This document shows, one piece after another, positions 52,464 to 64,000 of a stretch of DNA of 64,000 nucleotides. The translations under genes were made by a program, and so were the position numbers. Source of the stretch: Gnetum montanum (taxonomy: Eukaryota > Plantae > Gnetophyta); the NCBI GenBank assembly GCA_015680685.1, contig MNCI01001685.1, positions 1 to 64,000 on the forward strand, given 5' to 3'. Each line of letters opens with the position of its first letter. Position 1 is the first letter of the stretch. The notes below the pieces were generated by a model that saw nothing but the letters and a program-made list of their open reading frames with translations, did no database searches and was not told where the DNA came from.

Positions 52464-52524
52464 GGAATTGAACCCGTGACTTAAATAGGCAAAAGTTGCA
52501 TACTCTAACCAATTGAGCTACACC
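52464..52524 (-). mobile_element. tRNA-like SINE head or tRNA pseudogene
   Basis: Minus strand GGTGTAGCTCAATTGGTTAGAG...GGGTTCAATTCC has A and B boxes but no intact acceptor or anticodon stems. Confidence 0.55.
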
Positions 52525-53462
52525 TCATCAACAATTATGGAAACTACCGAAATCTAAGTTATATCAAGGATACTGTTTTTTCAAATAATGTTGGTTTTAA
52601 AAATAAAGTTGTGCTTTCCATTCTGATTACTTTCCCTTAATATCTCCGTTCTTAACAGCATCCATCTTTGTTGACCTATCGCATTGTTGAGTAGGAGGGG
52701 TCATTTTTACAAGGGTTGATGTGTCCCTATCATTTTTGTTAATTTTTATCATATATTAACTTATTACTACCTTAGGTATCTTTGTACAGCTGTCATCTAT
52801 AACCCTATTGCGCTTAAATATCCATCGGAACCTTGTCACCTCTCTTATGCTCACTTTCTGAGGCTACTCTTACGTTTGGCATGATGGTAGAGAACCTAAC
52901 ATATATGGAGACAAAAGAAATTAAAGGATAGAGTATGTTGTAAATGTAAGCTAACAAAGATAAAGAGAAATCCTAAGATGAAATTTCTCTAATTGAAAGT
53001 AACATAAAACATATTCCTATAAAAAGGTTGTAGGTGCAACATATTTATCTAACTTGTAAATTAGGACATTACATCAAATTATCTTAAATGGTCTAAAATT
53101 AAATTTAAATCAAATAAGGATTTAAAGGGCTCAATAATAAGTGTTGCAAGCACTTAGAGGGATGTGGTGAAAGATTTTGAAAATATATTTTAAAATACAG
53201 ATAATTAAATAACATAAGTAAGATTATACTCTTCAGGGTAGTTTTGACTTTAAACATTAAAATGGATTATTCAGACAAGACATTGATGTACATTTTGTGA
53301 AATATATTATCAACAAAGGGTTGATTTATAAAAGGAAACTGTATGAAATTTTTTTTCTTGGTCAATAAATTTTTTAATAATATTTCTGGTGCCCTACATG
53401 TAAAAATGGCTCTTTAGAAACTTTCAATGCGTCAGTAATAATGCTCACTGGTTCCACTGCAG

Positions 53463-53512
53463 CTGGAGTTACTCCCTTTATCATTGCCGGCGTTGAGTTT
53501 GGAAAACGAATA
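53463..53512 (+). CDS. Exon 2 (50 nt) of the zinc-finger membrane protein gene
   Basis: Acceptor CTGCAG| at 53462, donor |GTAAGT at 53513. Reads (A)GVTPFIIAGVEFGKRI, continuing the hydrophobic helix of exon 1; phase 1 in, phase 0 out. Confidence 0.9.
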
Positions 53513-53834
53513 GTAAGTGTCATCAAGTGAATACAAATCATGTAAAACATTCTTATGAATCGTTGATCATGCTTTTTTAGAAGTGTAGCTACCTGCAATA
53601 ATATTTGTTGTCAACATATTGTTAATGCAAGTTTATATTGAAAATTGTGTTCAAATTACCAATATACGGCTAGAACCTGAATCTTTCACAAAAATAAATT
53701 TTTACCTGTACTGTTGTGGCTTTATAAATATCCAAAATTTTTGTAGCTCTTTATTGCTCTTGATTTAAAATGAAATATAAAGTCCTAATAAATTAGTAGC
53801 CATTGGAAATCTTTATCACATAGCTAGCCTTCTC

Positions 53835-54225
53835 ATCACCCTTATTTTAGCCTTATCTCAACAAAATAGGGTTGGCTACATAGTTCTTTCTCGTCATTTG
53901 CTTCTATGAAGAGCTAGATCTCTATTTATTTGTAGTTTCTTGAAATCATTTTCAATCATTTTTTTCCCATGTCTTATTTGATCTTTTTTTCTAGTGACTT
54001 GCCTAGAATAGTAATGTAGCAACTTTTGTTTATAGGCTCATTGTCTGGTCTTCTTTGCACATGTCCAAACCCTCTAAGCCACCATTATTCTAACTTATTT
54101 GAAATAGAAACCACTCCAAGTATTCTTCTTATGTCTGTATTATGTAGTTTATTTCTTCTCATAACATTCAACATCCATTGAAACATTCACATTTCTATCA
54201 CACGGATTTGTTGTTCATAGTTAGC
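53835..54225 (-). mobile_element. RTE LINE 3' fragment
   Basis: Reverse complement of 46400-46770-like sequence (LRGFGHVQRR region and 3' end). Confidence 0.8.
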
Positions 54226-54319
54226 CTTTTAAGAATGGAAATAAGAAATAATTTCTACAGAGGAGCCCTGTACAAAACCTATAAATAAATTAACACTTGT
54301 ATAAAAGGATCATCACTTA

Positions 54320-54472
54320 GAGGCTCAATACTCATTCCCCCAAGGCAGGGTTCTAGGAGCATTGGTATATGCATGAAAGCCTAGCCTCTTTTTTGCGGCT
54401 ACACTAAGGCTCAAACCTAGGTGTTACAACTTGAGAAATAAACACCTTACCATCACTCCAAGTGGTGGTCCC
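54320..54472 (-). mobile_element. Au-like SINE remnant
   Basis: Minus strand TTGGAGTGATGGTAAGG...GGTTTGAGCC...GGCTAGGCT...GAACCCTGC follows the Au SINE layout as recalled. Confidence 0.45.
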
Positions 54473-54829
54473 TAAATTAACCCTAGTATACTATTTACAA
54501 AATAAACTCATGACTATCCTTTTGTAAGAAAGGCCAGACAAGAAGTATATTAAGTAGATCAATTTTAGACTTTGGAATTTTAAGTTATAATTTCACATGG
54601 CAAGAAGTGTAAGCACTGTCAAATCTTTTGGCAACCTGAATCATGCTTGCTGGAGCATGTCTTATAATGACATAATTAGAAAGAATGGTACGCTGATGTG
54701 AACATTTTCCTTTGTCGTGAAATTAAAAAAATGCATATTGTACCTCATTTTTAGGCTCGGGAGTGGCACTGAAGGTGACGGAGGTCCTTCAAAGTCACGC
54801 TACCAAATCTACGTTACTGTTTCAATTTT

Positions 54830-57520
54830 TGTAACACCCTGCTTAACATACCCGGGACACAGTGGTGCCATGCCCAGAATCGTCCTATGAACAATCAACA
54901 TTCATTTTACAAAACCGAACGGTAACATAACAAAAGCGACGTACAGGTAACACAATCTTGTAGTATACCATCCATTTAAGATATCCAAAGCCGAGCTATC
55001 ATATGAAAAGTCACAAGCTTGTAGACATTACCATACCAGTCCATGCAAAGCATACTAAACAAACAGTTTGCCAATGGAAAAAGTATCGCAAGTATGTGTG
55101 CCAAAAGCCAAAAGCCAAGTAGATACATTTGTGCATCACATCATCCTATAGGTCCAGCTTCATGACTGTCCTTACCAACCTCCATGCAAATATGTCCATC
55201 TCATAAGCTAAGATATACATAAATGTACATAAACACATGGAAATTCAGACTTGATCCCCTTCTCACCGGTGTCTCCAGCTCTATCACCTGTATAAAACAT
55301 AGTCAGTATAAATTGAGTGAGAAGCCATTATACTTCCCTTACTGGATTATTGATTGATAAGTTCTATATTGGAGGAGAGAAATGCTAAGGTCTATCAATC
55401 TGTGACCTGCAACCCTCAGCCTTCTAGAGGGATGGCCATAGGGACAAATATACCTATGCCATGTACCAGCCATAGAGATGAGCACAGTTAATGCTTTTTC
55501 ATCCCCAAGATGAGGCTTGAGACAGGAGCCTTACTAATGCATTGTAGTGGGGTCAATCCAGTATTACCTCCAGGGTGCTCTATCATCAACCGGCCCACAC
55601 ATCTCAACTAACTCTAACCATTGATCAACGACAAGCAACTAGTGATACATGTGTTGTCGCAAGGACAAATGACATCAAGACTTAATAACAAGCTAGCTTA
55701 AGTCTCCACAATACATGCATTCCAACACTAACACCACACGTGGATACAACACATCCCACACATAAAGATCATATAAACCAGCAATACAGTATGTGTCACA
55801 TAATGTTTCAATATATCACATATCTTGCCAATAACCTCAGCAACCAGTGCTGCATCTCTATCCACAATGCACATCACAACAAACGACAGCCCCACAAATA
55901 AATACTAGCGGTCAAGGTCACAAGCCATCATGTTACACTATGCAAGGGTAAACCATGAATATACTATCCATGCATCCGCATTATGTCCACACCAAAACTC
56001 TGCATGCAGTGCTGCTTCTAATGAATGATGTTTTAATCGGCTCTGGGCTATCGGCTGTAGGCTAGAAATAAACACTAAATAAATGAAAACATTCAAGCTC
56101 ACAATTTCAACTATGAATAGCTAACCCAAATTGCCTGTTTGCAGTTTGGAAGGCCATTTTTTTAACTCAATAACGTATGGAAAATGTTGAAGTTAAGCCT
56201 GTATCGCCGTGTTTTCCCTCAGTAGGTTTCTATCTTACTGTTCAGATGCTAATTAGAATCAGAGTTGAAAACACAGATGAGAAAAACAAGATTCTAATCA
56301 AAATCACACATATCTGCTGAAAAAGAAAAAATTTTCCGGCTAATATTGAAAATGTATGTTGTTTATGTGATGTTGTATTAACAATTCCAGAAGACGTGAA
56401 ACACATTCACGTAATTGGAACACAGCTGGAAAATAAAACAGGGTCACTTGAGATCATGAAACACTAAAATTTGCCCCTTATGATTTGTCAAACTATAAGC
56501 AGAATTCTGTGCGTGAAGAAAGGAGAGCTTTAGGAGGAAAAGGCAAGACTTTTAATTTTAACTTTGAAATGGAATACGATAACTACAACGTTGCAATCAA
56601 CTCTAACCGTCCCATTAGTCGGAAAGTAGGGAAAGGATAAAGGAAACCCACAGATTCAATCCGAAGAATGCAGAAAATCAAATAACTGTGTATAGCTTGA
56701 AACCCGAAGAAGACTCCGTCCCCATTAAATAGCTCCCCAACACAAGCATCAGAGATTGCAATGGACTCAAACCAGCTCTAAAGAAACCCACAACTTCAAA
56801 ATTCACTGCACAAAGTATCAATGACGGTGCATGGTTTGCAGCAATGATGGTGAACATTCAACCACAAATGAGGCAAAAGAAAACATAAAATATAAAACAT
56901 GAAACGTGACTTATGCAGGGTACTTTCATAAGTTCGACTAATAATTTCCCAGCCCAACTAATACTCTTGAGGTTCACAACCTATAACTAACGTATAAAAA
57001 CTCCAAATCACAAACCCATTGAACTCCCAACAATGTTATACCACATATATCATATGTGTATACCAAATGTAAAATCCAGCATTACCAGACATGATCTTGT
57101 AGCTCAAGCCCATAAATGTCAAACATTCATTAGAAAATATAAGTGCATACTGGACTACTACTCTTACCTCCAATTATCCATTCATATCAATCTCATTACC
57201 TGCCTCCCTAAAACATTCCACAGGATGGGTGTGTGTAGAATCATGGTATAAGTGGGACAACAAAATCACGTAATAATGCATCCATGTAAGAATCATCATA
57301 AAGCTCACAACAGTCTAGATTAACTAGTTAGACCCACACCCTGACATTTCATAGGATTGGTGTACAACATAAGTGAGACATCAAAATCACATAATAATGC
57401 ATCCACATAAGAATCATCATCAAGCTTATAATAATATAGACTAACTAGCTCCACACGCTAAACCTATCCATATAGACAAGACATCAACTATACCAAGGAG
57501 TCCTATGGACGGGTGTAATA
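54830..57520. mobile_element. Solo LTR (~2.7 kb), Tekay/Del-like termini
   Basis: TGTAACACCC...GGGTGTAATA termini; flanks ATTTT/GTTTT (4/5 TSD); noncoding; splits the CRM 5' LTR. Confidence 0.75.
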
Positions 57521-57824
57521 GTTTTCTATATCTAAGTATCATGTGAATTGATGTTTTGATTTTTTTGAGCATGGGGATTCTTTATGTGGGGTTTTGTGGG
57601 CTGCTTGACTGGTATGTCCTTTCTTGTATTAGATAAACATATGAGCTGCTGAAAGTTCGTCCATTCCACTAGCTTCTAGTCTATGTCAACTTGGTATTAG
57701 AGCATAGCAGTTCTTGTTTGAAGTAGCTATGACAAACAATGGATGTCAATTGGGCTGGAGCTAAGGAGATGTTGTGTAGGATTGAAGTGGTGAATGTAGT
57801 ACACAGTTCAACCATGTGAAGATT

Positions 57825-58672
57825 TACCATTATTATGGATGAATTAATAAAGGAAATACAAGATGAAATCCCTTGGTGTATGCTATTTGCAAATGATATT
57901 GTGTTGGTGGATACGACTCGAAAACATATTGCTTCTAAAATGGGGAAGTTGAAACATGCTCTAGAATTAAAAGACTTAGAAATTAGCAGAAGTAAAACAA
58001 AATATATGAAATGCAATTTTAACAATAGCATAAACAATGATGAAATAGAAGCGACAATTCAAAGCAAGAAAAGTCTTTCATTGCAAATGGTTTTGCTACC
58101 TAGGAGCAATCTATTAGATGGTGAAATTGATAAAGATATAAGAAATAGAATTGGCGCAGGGTGGTCAAAATGGAGATAGGCTAGTGGTGTTCTATGTGAT
58201 AAAAGAATATCAATAAAATTGGAGGAGAAATTTTATGATAGTAATGCTATCTCTTATGGCGTTGAATGTTGGGCAGTACAAAAAAGACATGAACAATAAA
58301 TTAGTCTAGCATAAATGTGAATGCTTCATTGAATGTTGAATATTATTAGAAGAGATAAACTACATAATATAGAAATTAGATAGAGGCTTGAAATGGCTTC
58401 TTTTTCAAATAAGTTACAAGAATGTCAACTTAAATGGTTTGCACATGTGCAAAAAAATCAAATGAGCCTATAACCAAAGGTTGCTCTATCATTGTTCCAA
58501 GAAAGTCACAGAAAGGAAGACTAAAGAAGAAAAGACACAAGAAAAAACAATTGAAGATGATTTAAAGAAACTATAAGCAAACAAAGATTTAGCTTTTGAT
58601 AGAGGCAAATGGCGAAAAAGAATGCATGTAGCTGACCTTATTTTTTGTGACAAGGCTAGCATCATGATGATG
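57825..58672 (+). mobile_element. 5'-truncated RTE LINE nested in the CRM element
   Basis: MDELIKEIQDEIPWCMLFANDIVLVD...ISRSKTKYM...IGAGWSKWR; short (GAT)n tail. Confidence 0.9.
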
Positions 58673-61600
58673 GAAGCCGGAAAGAAGTATCTGTGTATCA
58701 GCACGTTATTGCCACAAAGAATAGTTAGAGGTTGGAGATCCATGATAGGACAAATTCCTACTTGTGGGTGTTACCAAAGATGGGAAAACAAGTTTTGGTG
58801 TCTCTGCCTTTGATGGAAGTTTGCAGGGGCCAAGACCGATGGAAAGAAGAAGGCGAACATTGCATTCACGAAACTCTCAAGTTTGGTAGCTACACGGTGG
58901 GGGCATATCCAGTAAGAAGGGTGACAGCAGGAGAACCTAAGACAAAATTGCGAGGAAATTAAAAGGTAAATTCCTACCTCTTAATTATATCATCGAATGC
59001 AGTTTCTCAAAGAAAATGAGAAATCGGTAAAAGAGTACAAAGAAAAGTTTCACAAGTTGATCATTTCAGCTAAACTAACAGAGGAGGACAAGGAACAGAT
59101 TTGAAGGTATATTGGATGAGTTAGGATGGTCATTAAGGATAAAATGTCCTTGGTCTTTCCATATTTCATTGAAGAGGCTTATCAATATGCCACAGGTGCC
59201 GAGGAGAAATTGCTGACAAAAGAAGTAACCAGTGGCTTTTGTCGTGGAGGGGATGCAAGGACATTGGGCGGAAGAGGTGGTAGCATGCAGAACTGCATGG
59301 TAGCAAATGCCTCGCCGCAACTCACGAATCGTAACAAGCAGCCTCAGCGACATTCATTTTGTGGAGAGGGAAACGTGAGTTTTTTCAGACCATTCCAGTG
59401 TGGTAAACCCAGGACCAGCTTTTGTGGATCTTGTTTCAAGTGCAAAGAATACAGGTACAAAGCATTTGAGTGTCCATGAGCGGTAGACTTCCATCACACT
59501 GTGCAAGCCACCAGGAAGACTCCTATTGAAGAAGTTGTCTGGTGTTTGAGAGCAGAGAAAATTTCAGAAGCATCCACGACAGGGCAACATCATGAGAAGA
59601 TTAGAACCCAAACTTACTCACGATCCTTGCAATTGTAGGCACAAACCACAAATGAAGTTGCACAGAGAAAGAATTTGTTGAAATTCCACGTGCAATGTAG
59701 ATGTAAGTTGGCGATTAATGTTGCGTGGATAATGTAAGTTCCAACAATTTGGTGTTCAGGTCCATGGTAGAGCAGCTTGATTTGCCCACAAAAGAATATC
59801 CCTACCCATATAAAGTTTGCCTGATGAATCTACCAACAGGTAGACAAGCAGTGTTGGGTAACATTTGTGAGAATTTCATAAGTTCTCTATGGTATTGTTT
59901 TTCTGGATGCTTGTCACATTATTCTTGGGAAGCCTTGGCAGTTTGCCAGGTTTGCTCTAATTGATTCACTAGCAAATACAGTTCTGTTTAAGATGAATGA
60001 TCAGCTGTTCAGGGTTCACGGCAATTCTCTACCAGCAGTAGAGAAGACCTTGTAGTGCACACACAAGCCCACGAGGAGTTTGGTTTGATTGTTTGATGTC
60101 ATGAAGGGAGTTCTTACGTGAGTTATTGACGTTGGCCAACCAACCACAAGAACACAACATGGCACCAGAGGTGAGAAAGTTGATTAAAGAGTCTCATAAT
60201 ATTATGGTTAAAGATCTGCCAAATGGATTGCCACCCAGAGATCCACTTCTCATGCAATTGATTTCATTCCGAGAGCTGAGTTGTTGAATAATGCTGCATG
60301 TCGCCTGAGTCTTTTGAAGAAGGGATTTGATAAGGAAAGCGTGAGCCCATGTGTTCTACCTGCTATTTTAGCACCAACGAAGGATTCACCGGATCTACAA
60401 ACATGTATTGATGTACAAGCCTTCAAGAAGTGGGCTTGGTTAAGCTCCATAAGGTACATGTTTCCATGCCTCATATGGATGATATTCTGAATAATTTAGC
60501 TGGAGTTAGTTATTTCAATGAATTTTGATTTGAAATGCGGGTATCACCAAATGCAGATATGGGAAGGTGATGAATGGAAGGCAACTTTTAGAAACCAAAT
60601 GGTGTCTAGGAATTCGGAGTCATATTATTTGGCCTATCAAGATTTATCATAGCATTTGTAGATGATATTCTGATTTTCAGCTGCAACTGACAGGAACATT
60701 TGGAACAACTGCAATTGGTACTCAACGAGATTGTTTAAGAGAAATTACTCGTGATTTTTTTTTAAAAAAAATGAAGTTTCCTTAAAGAAGAATTGGTGCA
60801 TCTGGGATTTGTGATTTCCAAGGATGACCTACAAGTAGATCTACAGAAGGTGAAGAGCACCGTGAAATGGCCAGTACCCAGGAATGCAACGGAGGTACAT
60901 TCATTTCAAGGATTGGCTAGTTTCCAGAGAAATTTATCAGGAATTTCAATGAAGCGACGTGATGGAATCAATGAAAGGAACAAGTCTTCTGTATGGACCT
61001 TAGCATCAAATAGGAGTTTTCGTGAGCTACAGAAGTGTTTGAGCAAACCACTAATTTTAGAAATCCCTGATTTCTTCCAAGTGTTTACGGTGAAATGCGA
61101 TGCTAGTGATGTGGCCATGGGAGTTTTAAATCAAGAAGGGAGACCAGTAGCATATTTTAGTGAGAAGCTGAATGAGAATCGTATGAACTATTCAACCTAC
61201 CAAAAGGAGGTCTATGCCATTTTGCAGGCTTTGAAATGAGGACCCCATTATTTGCTGCCCAAGGAATTCGTCCTGTGCAGCGATCACTAAGCATTCAGTG
61301 GCAGACCAAGTTGAATGCAAAGCGATGGGTGGAAGTGTTTAAGAGTATAATTTCGTTGCGAAGCACAAAAAGGGTGCTTAGAATAAGGTGGTGGATGGCG
61401 GTGGAGGAATTGAAGGTAGAAAATTTATGTTAAGCATCAGATCCAAATTCCAAGGTTTCGTGGGATGAAACTCAGCAGGAAAGGATGGGTTTGTAGTTCG
61501 TGAAGGGCAGCAATATTAAAATGGTATGATTGTACTTTACAGGTCCAGTGGTTTTGGAAAAACGCTCGATCATGAGAAATACCACTTTTCACGAAAACTG

Positions 61601-63306
61601 CTTTCAACATAAGTTTGCTATACTTGGCCATTTGAAGTCCTCCAATCTGTGTAGGCATCATCCCACTCAGACGAGGAGATTTGCAGCAAAAGCATATGGT
61701 AGTGGGATGTCAGGTCATATAGGCCAAGGGAGGACCGTTTGACAGAATTTGTAGGTATTCCTTTTGGCTCGGTATGAGAGCAGAAATTGGAAAATTCGTG
61801 GAAAGTTATTGTCTGTACAGAGAAGAACCAAATAGACCGGAGGACAAGTTTGCTTAGGTGAAATTTGCATACAATAACTTCGTAAACCGCAGCAGAGGAG
61901 AAACACCATTCTGAGTAGTATATGACAGCCATCCATGAGTTCCCTAGGCCTTAGACAGAGAGGTTGGTGAAATGGCTGTGGTCTTACAGCTTCCAACAGC
62001 AAGTGCATCAAAGGATTTTATAAAGTAATAGGGCTTACAAATTTCTAGGGGATGCCACAAGGCAGAAGGTATTATTTCACAAAGGAAAGCAGCTTCTGGT
62101 TCGGCTATGCAAGGGTTAGCAACACCGTATGTTTAGCAAAATGCAGCCACGAGGGATCTGGCCATTCACGATCTGGAAGAAAATCTCAGATAATGCATAG
62201 AATTAATTCTTCCTGCAGGAATGAAAATTTCACCTATCTTCAATGTAGCTAATCTATGCAAATGTAGGCCTGCAGCTGAAGAGGATGAAGAATCGTCGTA
62301 AGAAATAATGGTAGATTCAAGACAAAGGACTCCTAAAGTGTTTCATCGAGTAGCTTAGGATACTTGTCTTTTGAACAAGGATTAAGCTGCTTTGGGATTT
62401 TATTCTACTTAGCAGCAAAGTATCGTTCGGCTTTTAAATGGATTACTTGATGTATCAAAGTTACAGAAGCTAGGAAAATCCTTTTTATAGATAATATTTT
62501 ATGTTCCGGTAAATCTCTTAAATGAGGAAATACTCACTGGAGCAATTGGATAATTAGTGGAGGAAAACGTAAAGGTATATGCTCTTATCTCTTTAAATAA
62601 ATATGGCATATGGCATTGGTGGAATCAATTCAAAGACTTATTTCAGTGGAAGCCTACTCACTTAAAACTTTGATAACTTTGATGCAACACTCTATTGTGT
62701 ACACTTATTCTAAAAAAAATCCTCAGTTGCTTAGTTAGATTTTTAAATAGCGTTAACAGAAATTGCTTAGTTGATAAAATTTTAAATAGAGTTAACAGAA
62801 ATGCAGATGATTTCCAAATGTCTGTTGGAGAGGATTTCAACTTGAGGACAAGTTGAGTGCAAGACGAGAGGTTTGACGTGGACATCTGCATTTGTTATGA
62901 AATTAAAAAAATGAATTATGTACCTCATTTGCAGTCTCGGGAGCAGCGCTGAAGGTGATGCTATCAAATCTACAAGAGGACAGCAGGGATTATTTGTACT
63001 TTTTGGTGCCAACATGGGCTTGAATGTTTTCCTCTTGGATCATCTGCGCTTAGAGTCAAAATGTTCTAAGTTTCTTACTGTTTTTGCATTGATTCAGACT
63101 TGCACACTATTTTGCACTTAATGCCAACATTTTAGAGGCAAAAGCTTGTGGTTTTTAATTTCAATATCCACCTATATTTAATTTAAATTCCTTAAATTTT
63201 GATATATTTTCCGATTCCTGATTTACAAATGTGCTTCAGTTGGATACATATTTTGTTTTGCAATATTGGTACATTTCAGTATTTGACTTCAACTAAAATC
63301 TTTCAG

Positions 63307-63388
63307 GTTAAACAAAAGAAGTGCAGTGTGTGTAATGGTTCAGGTCTTGTACAAAAAGGAAAATACTATTTTCGATGCTACAATTGTG
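63307..63388 (+). CDS. Exon 3 (82 nt), zinc-finger exon
   Basis: Acceptor TTTCAG| at 63306; encodes VKQKKCSVCNGSGLVQKGKYYFRCYNC(G) = CxxCxGxG plus CxxC. Donor G|GTGCGC at 63389, phase 1. Confidence 0.9.
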
Positions 63389-63534
63389 GTGCGCTTTGTA
63401 CTATCCATGTCTTTAAACTTCAGCTCCTTTGAATTTTGTTCTCCTAAAACCATTTTGACGATTTAGCTTATGCTATGCATCCAGTTGGTGGAGTTCTGTA
63501 AGATTTCACTAATTTTTCTTTTAATTTGTGTTAG

Positions 63535-63581
63535 GTGGATTTCTTCCATGGCAGTCATGGAAAAGATTCTTCTCAGGCTAA
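63535..63581 (+). CDS. Exon 4 (47 nt, terminal)
   Basis: T-rich tract plus TTAG| at 63534; reads (G)GFLPWQSWKRFFSG-TAA. Spliced CDS 196+50+82+47=375 nt has no internal stop. From memory the protein resembles the conserved plant family of Arabidopsis At3g44020; not verified. Confidence 0.9.
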
Positions 63582-64000
63582 GTGATTTTCAAGGTGGAAG
63601 GTTGGCTATTGTTCCGTTGCATTTTAAAGAACTCATGTAAGCCTTCAAAGGGGATGAAATTTTCATTGTAGAGTGGTTTCTATGAACTGTATTTTCCGAC
63701 TTCCATATGGTCCAAATATTAGAATGTAAGATGTTGAAATTCTACATATTTGGTTGTGTTGTGAAATTGAAACTGAATTTTTACTTATGTCCACTTAGAC
63801 CCTTTTAGATCTATTGGACAGAGTAGTTTTAGAATCCCATTTGCAGAATTTTTTCAAATCCATAACTCAATGTTGCTCACTAGAATTGAACTTGTAACTT
63901 AGGTTTCCATGTTATAGTAATGTTTGAGAATAGCATTATAACATCTATTCCTAGGGAGCAAAACACAATGCCAAAGCTTTGAAAACATTACTTGAAAATG

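Larger units (their letters stand above)
54694..62975 (+). mobile_element. Decayed CRM-clade Ty3/Gypsy element with nested solo LTR and RTE
   Basis: 5' LTR 54694-57688 (interrupted); PBS TGGTATTAGAGC at 57692; knuckle CFKCKEYRYKAFEC; protease DNVSSNNLV...PYPYKV; RT DLKCGYHQMQIWEGDEWKATF; RNase H CDASDVAMG...RPVAYFSEKL...YSTY. 3' LTR starts at 62874, matches 54694-54812, then is truncated. Confidence 0.85.

Noticed and set aside
52464-52524. Functional tRNA gene
   Set aside because: A and B boxes are present but the acceptor and anticodon stems do not pair; treated as a SINE head or pseudogene.
62727-62802. Short two-unit tandem (TTGCTTAGTT...TTAACAGAAAT) and the ~120-bp duplication at 57248-57450
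   Set aside because: Ordinary local duplications inside TE sequence with no sign of function.

Overview
AT-rich, CpG-depleted land-plant nuclear DNA made almost entirely of nested, decayed transposons around one real host gene. The gene is on the + strand and has four exons (27700-27895, 53463-53512, 63307-63388, 63535-63581). They splice in frame through GT-AG sites to a 124-aa protein with a plastid-transit-like N-terminus, a hydrophobic segment and a CxxCxGxG...CxxC (DnaJ-type zinc finger-like) motif. Only 375 coding nt are spread over ~35.9 kb. The 25.6-kb and 9.8-kb introns hold L1 and RTE LINEs, nested Copia elements, a CRM-type Gypsy, a solo LTR, a MITE, SINE heads, a long inverted repeat and a perfect 4x52-bp tandem. 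Upstream (1-18 kb) is a stack of Athila-like LTR elements (tRNA-Asp PBS). The two copies whose gag-to-ORF2 region is visible keep gag and a second ORF but have no pol. One is structurally complete (12159-17921, TSD ATTAG). Their LTR U3 regions carry subfamily-specific CpG palindrome arrays, which is the most speculative but interesting lead here. All calls are by eye; no database searches or alignments were run, so identities are estimates.
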